Source: Daphnia carinata (Eukaryota). From it: 64,000 nucleotides of DNA. The stretch's first letter is position 1. Every line of letters starts with the position of its first letter. The translations under genes were made by a program, and so were the position numbers. The DNA lies in NCBI RefSeq assembly GCF_022539665.2, contig NC_081334.1, positions 1,860,001-1,924,000 of the forward strand. Direction: 5' to 3'. This document shows positions 10,216 to 23,683 of this stretch, piece by piece. The notes beneath the pieces are model-generated. The model saw nothing but the letters and a program-made list of their open reading frames with translations. It was not told where the DNA came from and did no database searches.

Positions 10216-11177
10216 ATGACAACGTTTAGTTGTACTGGTCCCATTTCGAATGTTTAACATGCAACATGTTAATAGGCAACATATCTTTAGTCTTGATAAC
10301 ATTCCAAAACGTTATTTGTTACATAAATTTCAACTCTTTTTTTTTTTATCTTTGCTCAGGAATAAAAAAAAACAGCGTACTAACCTGAAGTAAATTGTTT
10401 TCAAACTGTTACATGATAGCTTGCACGTGACCAGAAAACCAAACTTTTGTGCTCAGGTGATTTCCAGAGAATTCGATACCATGCTGACTCCTTCACTAAA
10501 AAAAAAGGCAGGCAAGAAGCGATAGGATTTCATTTTAAACGGCTAGCTGTCCTTTAGACTTCATAGAAAGTATATCATAGCAACAAGAAGGAACAAAAAC
10601 CTAACTTACATCGTTCACCCATGACACAAATGCAACTGCCAGGAACAAAGCAAGGTGAACAGTGAAGGGGACAAGCAAGGCAACTAACAAAGGTAGCCAT
10701 CTAGCGTTGGCGGCATAGGAGGAATAAAATCGCAAGGCCTAATCAAAATTGAAAGCTGATTTTGATAAAGTTATTGGCTTTATCGTTAAACCAGCTATTT
10801 TTTAAATTAAGTACGTTTGTTTACGTTTACTAAATAACTGCCTTCCCAAATAGGATTTATAATATTATCGGTAAGACGCCACTTGAGGCAACCACATAAC
10901 AAAAAAGTCTTCAATATCAGACCTGAGATGGCCTTACTCACCGGTCGTCGTACATGGAACTAGACACCAGATGTCATCTACCGTTCAAGTTATGAAACAA
11001 GGGCATTTTTATCAAAACAACAACGAGAACTCACTACTTAACCACATGTGATAGATAGAGATCTAATCAACTGGAGTATCAGTCTTTTAATCAAAGTTCG
11101 TTATTAGACACTTAATTTCATCTGGGGCTCTTCTCTTACGCCAAACAAGAAGCCACACGCATCTAATGTAAATTTAA

Positions 11178-13632
11178 ATGGCAGCCTCATTCTATCTAAA
11201 AGGCAACAGGATGAGCTATCTTTGGTGTATCCCAAACTCTCGTTTCAGTAGGCAGTGTGCTACTGTATCCAGTGTCACGCAACACCCAATCTCATCGGTA
11301 AGAAATGAAGAAATGGTTACCATTTTCTAGTTAATGCATGATCATCTAATTGTATTATGCAATTGTGATGCTTGTTTAAAACTTTACTATTACTGTTAAT
11401 AACTCAGTCTATATTTGCAGGCAATTAGAACTTCCATTTTTGAAAATAAAAAAATACTTCCATTTTCTTCGTTTTTAACTGATTCATATGGTAGACAACA
11501 TAATTACCTTAGAATTTCCTTAACAGAGAGATGCAACCTGAGATGTGAGTAGAAATGTATGATTTCATCTACTGGTCTTATTATTATTAGTTGCAAATTT
11601 TCTTGTTTGTTTAGGCCAGTATTGCATGCCAGCTGGGGGTGTTGACTTGACTGCTAAAGATAAATTACTGTCTACTACAGAAATTGTAAAAATTGCATCA
11701 GCTTTTGTAGAAGAAGGAATAGATAAAATAAGGTTGACTGGTGGGGAGCCATCTATCCGTCCTGATATTGTTGAGCTTGTTGGTAAGCGTATTTTTTTCC
11801 CAATTAAGAAAAAAACACATTCAATTTTACAAATGCTTGCATTTTAGGGCTGCTGAAAGCATTAGATGGTTTGAAAACCTTAGCTATGACTACTAATGGA
11901 TTACTTTTAACAAGAAAATTATCTGCTATGAAAGAAGCTGGTTTAAACATGCTTAATATCAGCCTTGACACACTTATACCAGCCAAGTTTGAGTTTATTA
12001 CGCGTAGGAAGGGACTTGAAAAAGTTCTTCAAGGTATTGATCTTGCTTTGGAAATGGGCTACGATCCAGTTAAGGTAGTCTTTTTGCTTTAAGTTTTATA
12101 ATTACCGCTTTAAAAAATAACGTGATATTTAAATTTAGCTAAACTGTGTCGTGATGCGGGGACTGAACGATGACGAATTACATAGCTTTGTTGAACTAAC
12201 CCGCGAAAAACATATTGATGTACGCTTTATCGAGTACATGCCTTTTGAAGGAAATAAGTGGAACGATAAAAAAATGGTACCTTATCACGAAATGTTAGAA
12301 ATTATTAAACAAAAATACTGTGACTTACGGCGCATGGAAGATGCCGCCAATGACACATCGAAAGTAACAATATCCAAATTGTTATAAAAAAATTATTTTG
12401 ATGCTAAAATTTCTTTCACGCTATAGGCCTATTTCGTTCCTGGATACCGCGGAAAAATTGGTTTCATAACATCCATGTCAGAACACTTTTGTGGATCCTG
12501 TAATCGTTTGAGACTCACTGCTGATGGTAATCTTAAAGTGTGCCTTTTCGGAAATGCTGAGACCTCACTGAGGTATATTATTATTTTCGTACACTGTGCG
12601 TGGTATCTTGTGATACTCCTTATCTCCTAAAGAGACCTGTTGAGGAATGGGGCAACAAAAGAGGAACTGATTACTGTTATCGGCCAAGCGGTTGGACGAA
12701 AGAAAAAGCAGCACGCCGGTACCGTATTAGGGATTTCGTTTTGCACACATCACAGAACTTAACTTTTACTTATTCATTCAGGAATGTCCAATTTACCTTC
12801 GATGAAAAATCGCCCTATGATTTTGATCGGTGGGTGAAAACCGTCTTTTCTAGGTAGTTTGCATAAGCTTTTCAACATTAACTTACATTTAGGTGACTCC
12901 AATAGTGTGTTGACAGGGAGTATATTAGCCATGGGTTCCATCCGTCCTTACTGCACCGATAGAGGAGACCACTTCAGCAACCATGACGATTACCTTGATG
13001 ATCCGTGGACAACGTACAGAAAAACGCATGCATCTTTGCTTCAAGCATCTTCGTTTTTTAACGTCTCTACTCGAAGAACCAACCTATCTCAAGAAACACG
13101 TGAACACCCCACTCAAAATGCAAACGACCAAGCTAAGTTGACTCACGTCGATCTTCACGGGCAGGCTAGAATGGTCGATATAACTGAAAAGCCATGGACA
13201 ATTCGGCGGGCTACTGCGCAGGCTGTCGTCTGGATTGGGCCTGAGGCATTTCGTTTAGTAGATGAAAATCTGATTAATAAAGGAGATGTTCTTAAAGTTG
13301 CCGAAATAGCAGGCATCACCGGTGGCAAGTTGACTTCACAGTTGATCCCTCTTTGTCATCCTATCTCTCTTCATCAACTGAGTGTTCGCTTATCGCTGGA
13401 CTCAAAAAATAATTCTGTTATAATAGAAAGTAATGCTGTCACGCATGGTCCAACAGGGGTCGAAATGGAAGCTCTGACGGCCGCGTCAGTTGCAAGCTTG
13501 ACAATAATTGATATGGTGAAAGCAGTGACAAAAGAAGCAGAAATACGTAATCTCTATTTGGTCAGTAAATCGGGAGGAAGTCGAGGCGACTTTAAGCGTA
13601 CCAACAATGACAATGTGCCATTCCCCTGTTAA
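11178..13632 (+). CDS. MOCS1: Molybdenum cofactor biosynthesis protein 1: MOCS1A (GTP 3',8-cyclase, radical SAM; stop 12837) plus MOCS1B (MoaC-like; stop 13632)
   Basis: Spliced [20 protein letters not shown] (CxxxCxxC), [16 protein letters not shown], and C-terminal NRPMILIGG*. The downstream ORF has LTHVD..G.ARMVD, LIPLCHP and [12 protein letters not shown]. Confidence 0.96.
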
Positions 13633-13700
13633 GTTTAAAATGTTCTATATTTTGTTGAAACGACAGAAAATAAAATTAAAAATTTATTATTGTTTTTATC

Positions 13701-15039
13701 TTAATGAAGACGCGTCCATCTTAAACTGGTTACAAACAACTTACGCGCCGCATCGTCATCCATAGCTTGGGGTGCAACGTAACTTTCAGCACAGTTACTA
13801 AATTTCGAAGTTCCAAAGTTAAAAAAAGGTAATATTAACTAAACGTGTTACAATGGTCACCTGAAATATTTCCCGGTTACATTCGCAAGGGAGGGGTCAA
13901 GTGCTGCATAAAGAGTTGTCTGCGCTCCTCTTTCAGGCGTACGGATAAAAGGCCATGCAAGTGGCTTAAGAAAGATGCTAGCAAACCAACTATTGACAAA
14001 ATCCATGTGGCGGGCAATATTTGTATCCACGATTCCTGGATGTAAGGCGTTCACGGTCACACCGGAACCTGAAAAAAAAGCATTTCTTTACGAAATTCTT
14101 TTCCTTCAACGTTCTTGATAACTTCACCTTCGAGGCGCTTAGCTAGTTCGCGCGTGAAAAGTACATTGGCTAATTTGCTCTGTTCATAAGCTTTGGTAGG
14201 ATCGTAATTTTTTTCTGAGTTAAGATCGTTGAAATCTATTTTCCCTCTTAGGTGTGCCACACTGGAAACGTTGATGATCCGACTAGGTGCTGTTTGCTAT
14301 AGAAGAAAACATAAGTTTCATTTCATTTGTGCTGGTTATATCAGAATTAAACAACAAAGCACATACTTTAAGTTTATCCAGTAATAGGTGGGTGAGAAGG
14401 AAATGGCCAAAATGGTTTACCTGGCAAACAGGTTCTTATAATATTGCTATGGGAGAAGTCTGGTAATCTATCATACCCCTATTTGCATCTCAATTCCCTC
14501 GGAAGTTAAACTGCGAGGGCAGCGCATTACCCCAGCATTATTAATAAGAATATCCAATCTAGACTCGTCTGGGATAGAAGTTCAATCACTTTGAATAAGC
14601 ATTGTTAGAACAATCAAACAACTACCAGAATTAAATCTTGAAGCAAAACTTTTGATGGATTCTTGAGATGCAAGGTCACATTTTCTACAATAGATGAATT
14701 TGTTGCCAGTCTCAAGAACCAATTCCTTGCGCACTTCTTCACATTTCTCCATATTCCGCGATGCCAGAAATATTTTAGCTCCTCTTTTGGATAGATCTCT
14801 TGCTGTTTCCTTTCCAATTCCATCAGTTGCTCCAGTGATTACAACTGATTTGCCATCTAGTTTTTCTTTTCCTTCATATCTTGGTCCACTTAAGTATTCT
14901 CTACAAAAGCAAAAGTATTGGTATTAATATGAAAATCTTTATTGATTAAAATGTTTTCATACTTAATTAATATAACACCACCTCCAACTGCCCCAAAAGC
15001 AGAAAATAATACATATGGAGTTCGGATCTTCATTTTCAT
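13701..15039 (-). CDS. Retinol dehydrogenase 11/12/13-like short-chain dehydrogenase/reductase
   Basis: TGATDGIG cofactor motif, [15 protein letters not shown] (YxxxK), [20 protein letters not shown], and an N-terminal hydrophobic anchor. Multi-exon. Confidence 0.92.
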
Positions 15040-15546
15040 GTCATACTTTACAAATAATATGAATTTTTTCTGTAAGGTTTCCTCACAAAACAAATAACTA
15101 TTACACAAACCTAAGACTTCCTCTTTCTCTTAATTAAGATATTTAAAAAAAGAAATTTCTACCTAGATTTAACGTTCTTAATTCAAGATTATTTAAGACT
15201 TACAAATGGGCTACCAGTTACCGCTTATGTTGGTAGCACACGTGAGACTGCAGAGATTGAGAGAACTAGAATTCATGCAAATGTTTACATTGAATTCGGC
15301 TGCTTGTTCATCGATCATGGCTTCGTCGAGATTTTAGCCTCACGAAGTCACGATCGTACGAAATAAATAACTGTTGATCAATAAATTGAAAATAATATTG
15401 GTAAAAGTTAATTGAAAAAAATAACTGCATGATTGCGTTAGCCAAATCTTTATCAGGAGACTTGTTAGAATTTTTCCTCATAAAAAACTTCCCAGCTTGC
15501 CCGCATGGTGAAACTTCACCGCTGTTCGCATCATAACAGTTTGAAA

Positions 15547-16142
15547 ATGGATCTTGCAGAAGGATACGTTTTACAATATCCAATTGAAAAATGCCCGGCT
15601 AATTATGTGAATCTCGTTGGGAGCAGAGTCGAAGTTTTAACAATCAATCACACCAAATTTGTTGGACAAATCTACTCAATGGATCCAATAAGTGGAAGGT
15701 ATGTTGTAACTACTATTCACAATGCAGATAAAGCCAAAACTTTAATTTCATTTTTTAATTTTTCCTTTTAATTTACAGTCTTTTTATGATGATAGATCGT
15801 TGTAACCAAGAAGAAAGAAGTATAAAATTAATCATAGGAAATTCAATTAAGTATCTCAAAGTTATTAAGATGACAACAACTGACACAAGAACCCTTCCCG
15901 AAGAAAATGGGTTGCAAGGACCTAGTTCTCAGCATTCAGAAGATTGGAAACAGCTGAAAGATGCCTTAAAGAAATGGTTCCACGAAAGTCGTATTCCAGT
16001 AAATGAAAATAATTATGGGTGTCTTTTAGTGCTCAATGAAATAGTGGTAGGACCTCCATACAGGCCAGAAAATTGTTCTGGTACCAATGAAGTTATGTTG
16101 TGGCGAGTTCAAAAACTACTTGAGAATTTTTATCAGAAGTAA
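15547..16142 (+). CDS. GEMIN6: Gem-associated protein 6 (SMN complex)
   Basis: Sm-like N-terminus (G.IYSMDPISG) and C-terminal LKKWFHESRIPV...PPYRPENCSGTNEVMLWRVQKLL. One intron at ~15699-15778. Confidence 0.85.
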
Positions 16143-16201
16143 TTGTAAATGATGTAAACAACTGTGTGTATTTGTGTTTTTGATCAAAGTAAATTCTTTC
16201 A

Positions 16202-19088
16202 TCACTTGACTCGCTTTTGTTGTCGTTTCCGGTAAATATCGTTTGGTGGTGGTCCACCTTGAGATCCACTAATGGCGACCGGCTCCTCATCTTCAGATTC
16301 TTCTCCCATTCCTCTCTTTTTTGTGGGACGTTCAACACCCGCATCTTTCGGAAGCCAATGAACGCTACGAGCAATGTCAAATAATTTTGCGTTGTCTGTA
16401 GTATTCGCGAGCAAAGAACCTAAGTAAATAAAAACATTTTTAGTTTTATTCAAAAGGTATGTTATACTATACTTTTACTTGTTTCACTTATATTCAAATG
16501 CTTAATTAGCTCCATTACTGGATCGACTACAACAAAAGGCCCATGGAAGCAATGTGGAGGGGGTAACATTCCGCACAGCTGAGAAGCTGCAGGTGGTAAC
16601 GGAAATCCTCCTCCTGCAAACACACAAATTTAAAGGTAATTGTCAACTTAAAGTTTATAACTAGATTTAATACGAATTTTACCCGGCGCGATGTGTTCCC
16701 CTGGTGTCCACTGAATTTTGGGTTTGAAAGGTACCATTTGAGAAAAGTCGGGCTTGTACATTGTAACGTCTGCTGCCTCAGTGTTTTGTTTTCGATTTTC
16801 CTCCTCTCTGGCAAGAAGATTTTTAGCACTTTGGCTGCTGCTAAGCTCTGCTACTTCATAGTAGCCCAACGCTCTTTAATAAGCATACATTACAATGTTA
16901 AAATCAATAGCTTGAAATTTAACACTATCAGAACAAACCTTAGGTCTGCAGTTGAACAGGGAAAGAGGGTTCCAAATCTATAACGATCAATCAGGAGGGC
17001 TGTTTCTTTGCCTTCCAATTCCTTGAGCTAAAATGCAAATAAAAACAATCGAAATGAAACAAAATGCAGTTTCATGTGGAAATCTACCTTATCGAGGACC
17101 GCATTGCGTCTTTTTTCTACTTTCACTACACTAGAAAGATCGCCAATAGAAGACTCAAACTCGAGGAAGCGGTTCCAGATTTCTAATGAATTTTCAGGAG
17201 AGAGCGAGCCAGATGATAGGATCCGTTCAAAAAGAACTCGAGTGTTGTTATCTTCGTTCAGCTGCGTTAAGAACTCAACATAGGCGAGTAAATAGTCGGG
17301 CTGATGTTTAAATCGTTTGAGGCCTAGATCAAATATCTTGAAGGCGATATTTTTATCCTTGGTACAGTAATATTCCATCAAGGCAGCGGCCACAAAAACA
17401 TGGCTTGAACAGCGGGGGTCTTGACGTGATCTCTTAAACACAAGCCGGGCAGATTTGATTCCTTCTGCTCTTCTCGCAAATCGCATGTACTGAATGTAGC
17501 CCTATGAATGTTACCAAATTAACGTAAACATATTATGGTAACAAAACAAGGGAGAATTACCAAGGTTGGGTCAATGTCATGCTGCTCGAGGTATTTCGTA
17601 TAAATTTGATGAGCTTTGTCATACTTAATTCGCCCCTCTTCGTAATCGGCATAAGCGAAGTAGAGTAGGCTGTTATGGGACATAGGGCCATTAATCGAAC
17701 GCTCATAAATATTGGACACTTCCTCAGCTAGGCTCTTGGCAGCCGTCACATCCTAAATTACATTGAAATGAAACTACGATCATGAGAAGCTAAAATTTTA
17801 TCTTACCCCTTTATCTGACAAAGTTTTGGTGCTTATTTGAAGAAAGAGGGCAGCTTCGTACCAAACATGAGGGTGGTGTCCTAAACACAGAAGACACTGT
17901 TCGAAAGCAAACATAGTCCGCTTTGTAAGTAACGACTGGTCTTCGGTGCGGAGAGGATTAGATTTTTCCCAGGTCAAATATTTCTTCCACAGTTCCACTT
18001 GTTTGATTTGCTCCGGGTGGTTGGATGGAGGAGTTGAAGGCATGGCTTTGTTAAGTCCGCGTGTGCAGGCTTCTAGCTCTTTGGCAACTCTTCTGGCATT
18101 CATATAGTCACGGCTGCGTTCCTGTATAACAAAGTAAACGTGGGTAATAGGATTGGACGGCAATATAGAGCCGATTCTTGCTATTGGGAAACTTATCTTG
18201 AATTTCTACAGTGGCAACAATATGCTGAATAGTTATTTCTAAAAAATAAATAGTATGAAAAAAAAACAGTTCTTTTTTCCTAATACTATTTTACTTTTTT
18301 TTTTCATAATGACAATATGTAAAGCAATATTTTTTGAAGATTATTCTTAGCTACTTTATTTTTAAAAAATTACCTGTTGCATTTTTTCTGCAATCATGGG
18401 GTTTATGGCTAATTCATATGCAATATAGTCCTTCCATAGTTGTTCAATATTGAGCATAGGCGTAATCACACCTCTTTGGTAGACTTTTCTCACAGCTGTG
18501 ATCCTTTGATTCTCAGCATAAGAACCCACAGCTTCAACATTACGGAGAAAATGAATGTAGTCATTCCAAATGCTATAAGATTGAATATCCATTCCAACTT
18601 TGTCCAGAGTGAAATCATAGCACTGAGCAATTTTTTCTCTGAAATTATGACAGGATTAACACTAAACATATGAACCTGTATTCTGGTTAGAGCCATCATG
18701 CATTTTATACCTGTAGTTGGGTAAAGCACTTTTAGTTTCCTTAACATAGTTCACATAGAGTTTCCAGAGTTCTATATTTAAAACCTTGATCAAGCAGCGT
18801 TGAAACAACTGCAAAACAAAACATGAGTGTGAAAATTTGTGTAACAAATGAATGCATGCAAATTTTTACCTTTTCGACTTTGTCGTAATTCCTTGCACGC
18901 ATTTCTTGCTCTATATACATTTTCCAATAACGACCTGATGTTGGGAATTGCGCTACCAATCGTTCAAAGTAAACTCGGGCATCGTCAATCTTGCGTATCT
19001 GAGCCTCACGCAGAATTTGACCCCAAGCTTCTAAATCAAAAGGGTTGGTTTCTATGGCCTTTTCGGCTCTGGCTAATTTATCAGCCAT
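16202..19088 (-). CDS. CSTF3: Cleavage stimulation factor 77 kDa subunit / suppressor of forked
   Basis: HAT repeats: [62 protein letters not shown]-terminal [16 protein letters not shown]. Confidence 0.96.
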
Positions 19089-19361
19089 TATTACTATTCT
19101 TTTTTATGTACTCTAAAAAAATTGTTTATAAATTCATTAACCACGTTTTCTACAGTTCCATTCAAAATCACAAACAGTCAGGCATCTCAACCTGACAAAC
19201 AGCTTGGGGAAGCATCGTCTGCTGCTATACTTCTCCATCTAGGTTCCACCTTAGAAACTTCATTCGAAGCAGTCGACTGTTCAATATGACAGCAAGAATC
19301 CGGCAATATTACAGGCAAACGAATTCATAAGCAGTAAAAAATCCAAGTTGTTTTGCGAGAA

Positions 19362-20303
19362 ATGACGTTATATCATTTTGGAAATTGCCTAGCCTTGGTA
19401 AGACACTATATATTTTCATAATATTTAATTCAAACATGATAAAATATATTTTTCAGAGCTATATTCCATTTTGGATAGTCTACAAATACTGCGGACTGTA
19501 AGCTTCTAGTTTAACATTGTAAATCAAATTTATGGCTGAATGCAAACATATTATCATTTACACCTCAGGTCCGAATACGGAGCATTCTGGAAATGCGTCC
19601 AAGCGGGAGGAGTATATGCCTTAACACAACTGGGCAAAATGCTTTTGTTGGCTACTTTTTTCCCTACTGCTGGGGATTACTCACAGGATGATCCTGAAAA
19701 TTTTTCTCCTGTATGAACTCTCATGTGAATGTTCTTAGACAAACAATTCTTTAATTTTTTTTATAGCTCCAGGAATTGCTGAAATGCACAGTTGATTTGA
19801 TTGACCTGATTGGATTAAGTGTTGTAATGTCTAGAATAGCTGGCAAGGGTCACACAAAAGTACTCATTGCAGGACTAGGATGGGCAGGGGCTGAGTTGGT
19901 TCTAAGTCGTCTTTTAGTTCTATGGGTTGGTGCCAGAGGAACTGAATTTGATTGGAAGTACATTCAGAAAAGCTTTGAAGCCAACATTTCAATTGTAAAT
20001 TGAGCTGAGTATAATTTTGATCTTTTATGTTCTAATGATAAATTTTTTTTTCTCCAGGTTCATTTTCTTTCTGTGACTGCATTAGTTTGGCTCTATTCAC
20101 GTCATGACTTGCCAAAACAACTATTACCGGCAGTAATCATTCTGATTGGATTTCATAGCTACAAGTCGGTGATTTGCGATATGATTTCACATGTCATGCA
20201 CATGTACTCCTGGTCACTTCTCGCATTTAAAGCGGTGTTTTCTCTGACTATGGCTCTGATTGTTCTCCATATTTATGGAGGTGTGGCCACATTAGCCGCC
20301 TAA
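19362..20303 (+). CDS. TMEM147: Transmembrane protein 147 (BOS complex subunit)
   Basis: [47 protein letters not shown]. Confidence 0.95.
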
Positions 20304-20456
20304 TGTTGTAAGATTTGTCATCTAGTTCAATTACACATAACGTTGGATTTCCTTTTTTCCCTCTTTTTCAGTTTCGTATCGTTGACTACCGCTGTTAGAT
20401 CAATAAGTCTAGCAGCTTGTGCGTTTCAGAGTCAATACTGGAGGTAGAACGGCAGA

Positions 20457-23375
20457 ATGTTTCAAGAGACACACGAGTTTTCTGTAAAAGAAGTGTTACA
20501 GTTTATTCATGATTCGCTTCGATTTATGCGAGCTTCAGATACCATTCCACGCGATTGGACTACCAGAGATTCAACCGAATTGAACCTGTTTATACCCAGT
20601 TTTCGTCATCAGCCGATAGTTCGGCTTGTAGACAGTGTGGTGAGACAAGCCAAATGTGAACCTTTCGATACAGGAATCTATAACTTAAGCCAATTAAGTG
20701 AGGTTATTAAACTCCTCCAACAATCTTTACATTTGAAGCTGGAATTAATGGCTGATCAAGGAATATTTGATCCAATTGTTCCCTGGATTGGATCGATCGT
20801 TACCGAGAACAAGAACACCGTTGCCAAGCTGTTGGCAGATATAAAGCCGGTGCTCATCAAGGAAGCCATACAAACTGTAGATACCGAAGCTGATACGGCT
20901 GTTGTCGAAGAAGACGATTCCAACAAATCATTAGGTTCTAATGAAGTCGTAATCCACGTAGTTGACGATGTCAGAGGGGGCCAAAAAGACTTCTCCTTAC
21001 CAGTATACATTTGTCATTTTACATCTCTTACAAAATTTACACACGAATATTTCTTGTAGGCGAATATATTACTAGAGAAGATGCCTTACTTTGCTAAAGC
21101 TACTAGAGGTATAGATATGTCTAGACAATTGGCCCTTTATTAGTGAAAGTTCTTCGAATTAAAGAAAAATTACTTTGCAGGTCAACTGCTGTCTGACGTC
21201 GACATCACCGTCCATTGCGATGTACACATTTTTGAGTGGTTGACTAGATGGATGAATTCGACGAACCACCCTCCTGCACTTGGTTTGCCACTTATTTTCT
21301 AAGTTTCCTATGACATTCATCTCTCTATTATGCTATTACGAATGCAGAGCCATCAAATGTGGTACCAGTTTTGCTTTCCGCGGCATTCTTGGAAACGGAA
21401 ACGCTAGTGGAGGAATGCTTAAATTTTTGCCATAACCAAACTAATCAAATATTGGACGCGAAACAAAGTTTCAGCTGTCTTAGCGATCAGCTCATTGAAA
21501 AGTATTAACATGGCGGAGCATTTTAATTTAAAAAACAAAATACGGATATTTTAAACGTTTCGTTTACGCAAAATAAAGGCTTGCTGCAAAATTTACCGCT
21601 GCTGAAGTGGAGCAACTTGGTCATCAGAGATCTTCGCTTCAAGCTAGACTGTACGCATTTTTCATCATCGATCTCTGTTCTACAAAAACCAACCCAAAAA
21701 GGGGAATCTTTAAAACGGCTGCCACCCTATTTCAATGCGTTCACTGTGGCGGTTTACTTACTGAAGAAGTTCAGTCAAAAGTACCATGCGCTGCTGGCAG
21801 GGTAATTTTAACAAAGACAGGTCAACTCGTCCACCGCCATCAAAGGTAAATAGTCGTAAACGTTTTGACACTGTCTTATTACATTTTACGTTTTAATTTC
21901 TAGAGATCAGAATTGGAATCTTACCGAATATATCCAGAATCTGAAATTATCGCTGAAAACATGGCGCCGGGTTTATTGGAGACTTTGGTCTCAAACGCAT
22001 TTTCTTGAGTGCTCGAGTTGCTGCATGCCGTTTGCTGCCACCGATTTCATGAAATGTCTATTTCATCCAGAGGGCAGCCAATATATGGGGACGACGCGGA
22101 ATAAAGGAAATTTCCAACCAATCGGGAAGCATACGTGTTGCCAGCAACAAGTATTGCGGTTTTCAACTGTTCCCAATCATCACGTAACGTTGCAATTTCA
22201 CTTTTGGCTAAACTGATTCTTGATCTAAGTATAGCTTAACGCATTCTCTGAAAAACAAAAATCATTATTATAATAATTAGGGATGCCGGATGAAAGAACA
22301 CACTGTTTCATGTGTGAACCTAGAGCAAATTCAGGTGACGACTGTTTGCCGACAGTTTTCAGAGTTTATTCACTTTGCAGGGCTTCCTAAAGTTAACCAA
22401 GTTAACCAAGCTGCCAGTGGTAAGTTCTGGACCTATGAAAAGAACATTATGGTCGCCAAAAAAATGTGTAAATTTTAAAAGATAAAGAAGTACCGAAAGC
22501 ACCTCGTCTACTGGGAACAGAAGAAGATGTAGTGCCTCGTTTTACGTTGGGGTTGCAGAGCCGTCCGCGAAGACATTTAGTACCATTACCATGGCAGGCA
22601 GATCAATATACCAACAAAGATATCAGTAATTCTTTTCATCACTTAACGATGATCTTTGGGTTTCGATTTTGATTTTTTAAATCTCGGTAGATCGCCCGAA
22701 GACTGCATGCAGCTCTCAAGACAGTGTATCAACAACCGGTAGCGCCGAATCGGACGAGAAATTTCGAAAAATAGTAAACGTGCTTGATCCCCATTCTCTT
22801 TGCTACGAAGAAGACGAAGACATGAATGAAGACGAAGTTGAAGATCCGTCAGGTGCTTCTCTCAACAAGACAGCGAAAGCTTCAGGAAGGGACGGATTAA
22901 AAAGAATAAACTACCCACAAATGCTTGGACGTCGAAAATTCTCATCACGCAGAGAATACAAAATAAAACCGCAACCCCAAGTAAAGTAAGTTACGACCAA
23001 TTTTAGCGGAGGGAGAGAGAGAAAGATCTTGTTTGAAGTGAAAAACATTTTTCACTTTGATTTTCCAGGGAAATCGATTTGCGTTGGAATCCTTGTCTAT
23101 CGACCAAGACAAATCAAGACAGCCAACGTTACATGGAGGAAGAAATGTTTCGACGAATAGTCAACCAATTGGCACCACCTCAATGGCAGAAAGCTCGTTC
23201 GCCCGTAGGTGGTCTTTTTGCCAAAATTCATCGTATTCTGCAAGAGAAGGCTCAGCGGGAGGCACGACGGGCCAAGATGGCTCCGGGTGCTACATCAATC
23301 AGTGCTGCCATGACCGCTGCTCTAGCCGCTCGTAAATTTAAGGCGCATCTCCATTCAACGTCAAATCTTGCGTAG
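20457..23375 (+). CDS. SANBR: SANT and BTB domain regulator of CSR (KIAA1841-like)
   Basis: VIHVVDDVRGGQKDF..P..LLEKMPYFA, VDITVHCDVHIFEWL, WRRVYWRLW, and C-terminal RWNP..S...NQDSQR. Multi-exon; middle exon boundaries are approximate. Confidence 0.85.
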
Positions 23376-23683
23376 TTCAATCTTCCGGTTGATGTAGAGG
23401 CTCTATTACAGTTCTTCTAATGGACAACTTGATTTAGATGATCGAATTACTGTACTAATCACTTATGTGACTCATAATTAATAACAAAAACGTGCATCGA
23501 CATTTGGAACTGGCGGTGATATAAAGGAGGACTGACAGACACTTGACTAGAAAGATGGATTGCTCGTATAGGAAGTTAGAAAATTTCACCGGTTTACAAG
23601 CGATATCATCAAATCACATACTACCTGCCCATAATTCGCCCTATCAATAGACTAGAATAAAGATCTGACTTACGATATTAATT

